From a virus (taxonomy: Duplodnaviria > Caudoviricetes): a stretch of DNA of 44,507 nucleotides. Of the stretch, positions 43,580 through 44,507 are shown piece after piece; positions within the stretch are counted from its first letter, which is position 1, and each line of letters begins with the position of its first letter. The translations under genes and the position numbers were made by a program. The stretch covers positions 1 to 44,507 of IMG/VR virus record IMGVR_UViG_3300027887_000021; one strand, given 5' to 3'. Below the pieces are notes generated by a model. That model saw only the letters and a list, made by a program, of their open reading frames with translations. It was not told the origin of the DNA and searched no databases.

Positions 43580-44164
43580 ATGAAATCTGTAGACAGTGAA
43601 TTTCCTCCGGAGATGTCGGACCTCGCTCTGGCAATCCGGGATCTGGAGTTCGAAGTTGCCAAGTGGCAAGCCAACCACCGAGAGACTCTTGTTCAGTTGG
43701 TCTCTGCTAACGAAGAGATCGAGCGTCTTCGAAAGCTAGTTGCAGAGAAAGACACTCAGCTCTCGCAGATACCTTGCCGTTACAATCGCTGCATCTCCTA
43801 CGCTGAAGCGCAGGCTGAAATCGAGAAGCTGAAGAAGGATGTTGTGCATTGGCGAGAAGCTCGTCGGTCCTGCATTGAAGCAGGCGACATGATGAAGGCG
43901 GAAATAGATCGACTGCGTGAAAACGAACGTCTTGCCATCCTGCAATTCCGAGAACAGGAAGCTGAGATCGAACGGCTACATGAAATAAGCCGCCCAGGTA
44001 GTTGCGAATGCAGCACTGAAGACGCTTGTCGATTTGCACGAGAGCGAGATGAAGCAAGAGCGTTGCTGAGAGAAGCACACCAAGCGTTGTCTTTGATGCC
44101 TAGGCCAACGAAGAAACTGCATGACCTTCGTAGTCGCATTCGTGAACAGATGGGAGAGGGGTGA
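43580..44164 (+). CDS. coiled-coil protein with EIERL repeats
   Basis: AAGGAG RBS; four EI[ED][RK]L units. Confidence 0.7.
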   Translation: MKSVDSEFPPEMSDLALAIRDLEFEVAKWQANHRETLVQLVSANEEIERLRKLVAEKDTQLSQIPCRYNRCISYAEAQAEIEKLKKDVVHWREARRSCIEAGDMMKAEIDRLRENERLAILQFREQEAEIERLHEISRPGSCECSTEDACRFARERDEARALLREAHQALSLMPRPTKKLHDLRSRIREQMGEG

Positions 44165-44349
44165 TGCTTCTCAGCACGTACAATCCAAATTCCATGGCTA
44201 CCTGTCCAACCTGCGGGTTGGTTAACTGCGTGATTACGGGTGGTAACCTAGCTTTCGCTCCAAGGTACTTGGACTTCTACCATGACAAGTGCGGATCGGG
44301 GTGGAGGGTGTATCTAGACAAGAAGCCGGAGACGACTCATGGCTGGTGA
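44161..44349 (+). CDS. small Zn-ribbon protein
   Basis: CPTC...HDKC. Confidence 0.5.
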   Translation: MMLLSTYNPNSMATCPTCGLVNCVITGGNLAFAPRYLDFYHDKCGSGWRVYLDKKPETTHGW

Positions 44350-44507
44350 AGATCTAGCTCTGGCTGATCAAGTCATCGAAGAGCAGCGAGCCGAGATAGA
44401 ACGGCTACAGATAGACGTAGCTACTTTGCGTGAAGTGGTGCAAGACCGGCAAGAGGCAACAGATCATTGTCGGCAATTGTGGCAAAAGGTTACTGATGAG
44501 AACGAGC
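44339..44507 (+). CDS. coiled-coil protein, truncated by window end
   Basis: GGAG RBS; MAGEDLALAD...AEIERL, open to the end. Confidence 0.55.
   Translation, partial: MAGEDLALADQVIEEQRAEIERLQIDVATLREVVQDRQEATDHCRQLWQKVTDENE

Overview
The window is a 44.5 kb internal fragment of a tailed dsDNA phage genome, with nearly all genes on the + strand. The host is probably a Gram-negative proteobacterium, judging by the spanins, IHF sites and an E. coli-type XerD arm. Gene order: Ser/Thr/Gly-rich tail or appendage genes and a BppU-like gene (107-10119); lysis cassette of holin, SLT lysin and two spanins (10116-11752); AAA ATPase; lambda-O-like initiator with internal iterons, degenerate loader and DnaB; small genes behind repeated promoters; primase, SSB, SF2 helicase, MerR-like HTH, RecA, two resolvase-like nucleases and a Cas4-like exonuclease; an accessory region; terS, a 1.3 kb signal-rich gap, terL; then TylF methyltransferase, YkgJ pair, mini-NrdD, two GT9 glycosyltransferases, a methyltransferase and dCMP deaminase. 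The most notable observations are (1) three coupled genes sharing a ~25-30 aa N-terminal tag fused to unrelated cargo domains, (2) a dif-like XerC/D site beside six IHF sites, a palindrome and a strand-skew switch between terS and terL, (3) a promoter family with 20-21 bp spacers alongside a MerR-like gene, (4) several candidate structured small RNAs, and (5) a hairpin-bridged ribosome binding site. No integrase, DNA polymerase, capsid, tRNA, CRISPR array or reverse transcriptase was seen. All functional calls come from motif recognition by eye, and no searches were run.
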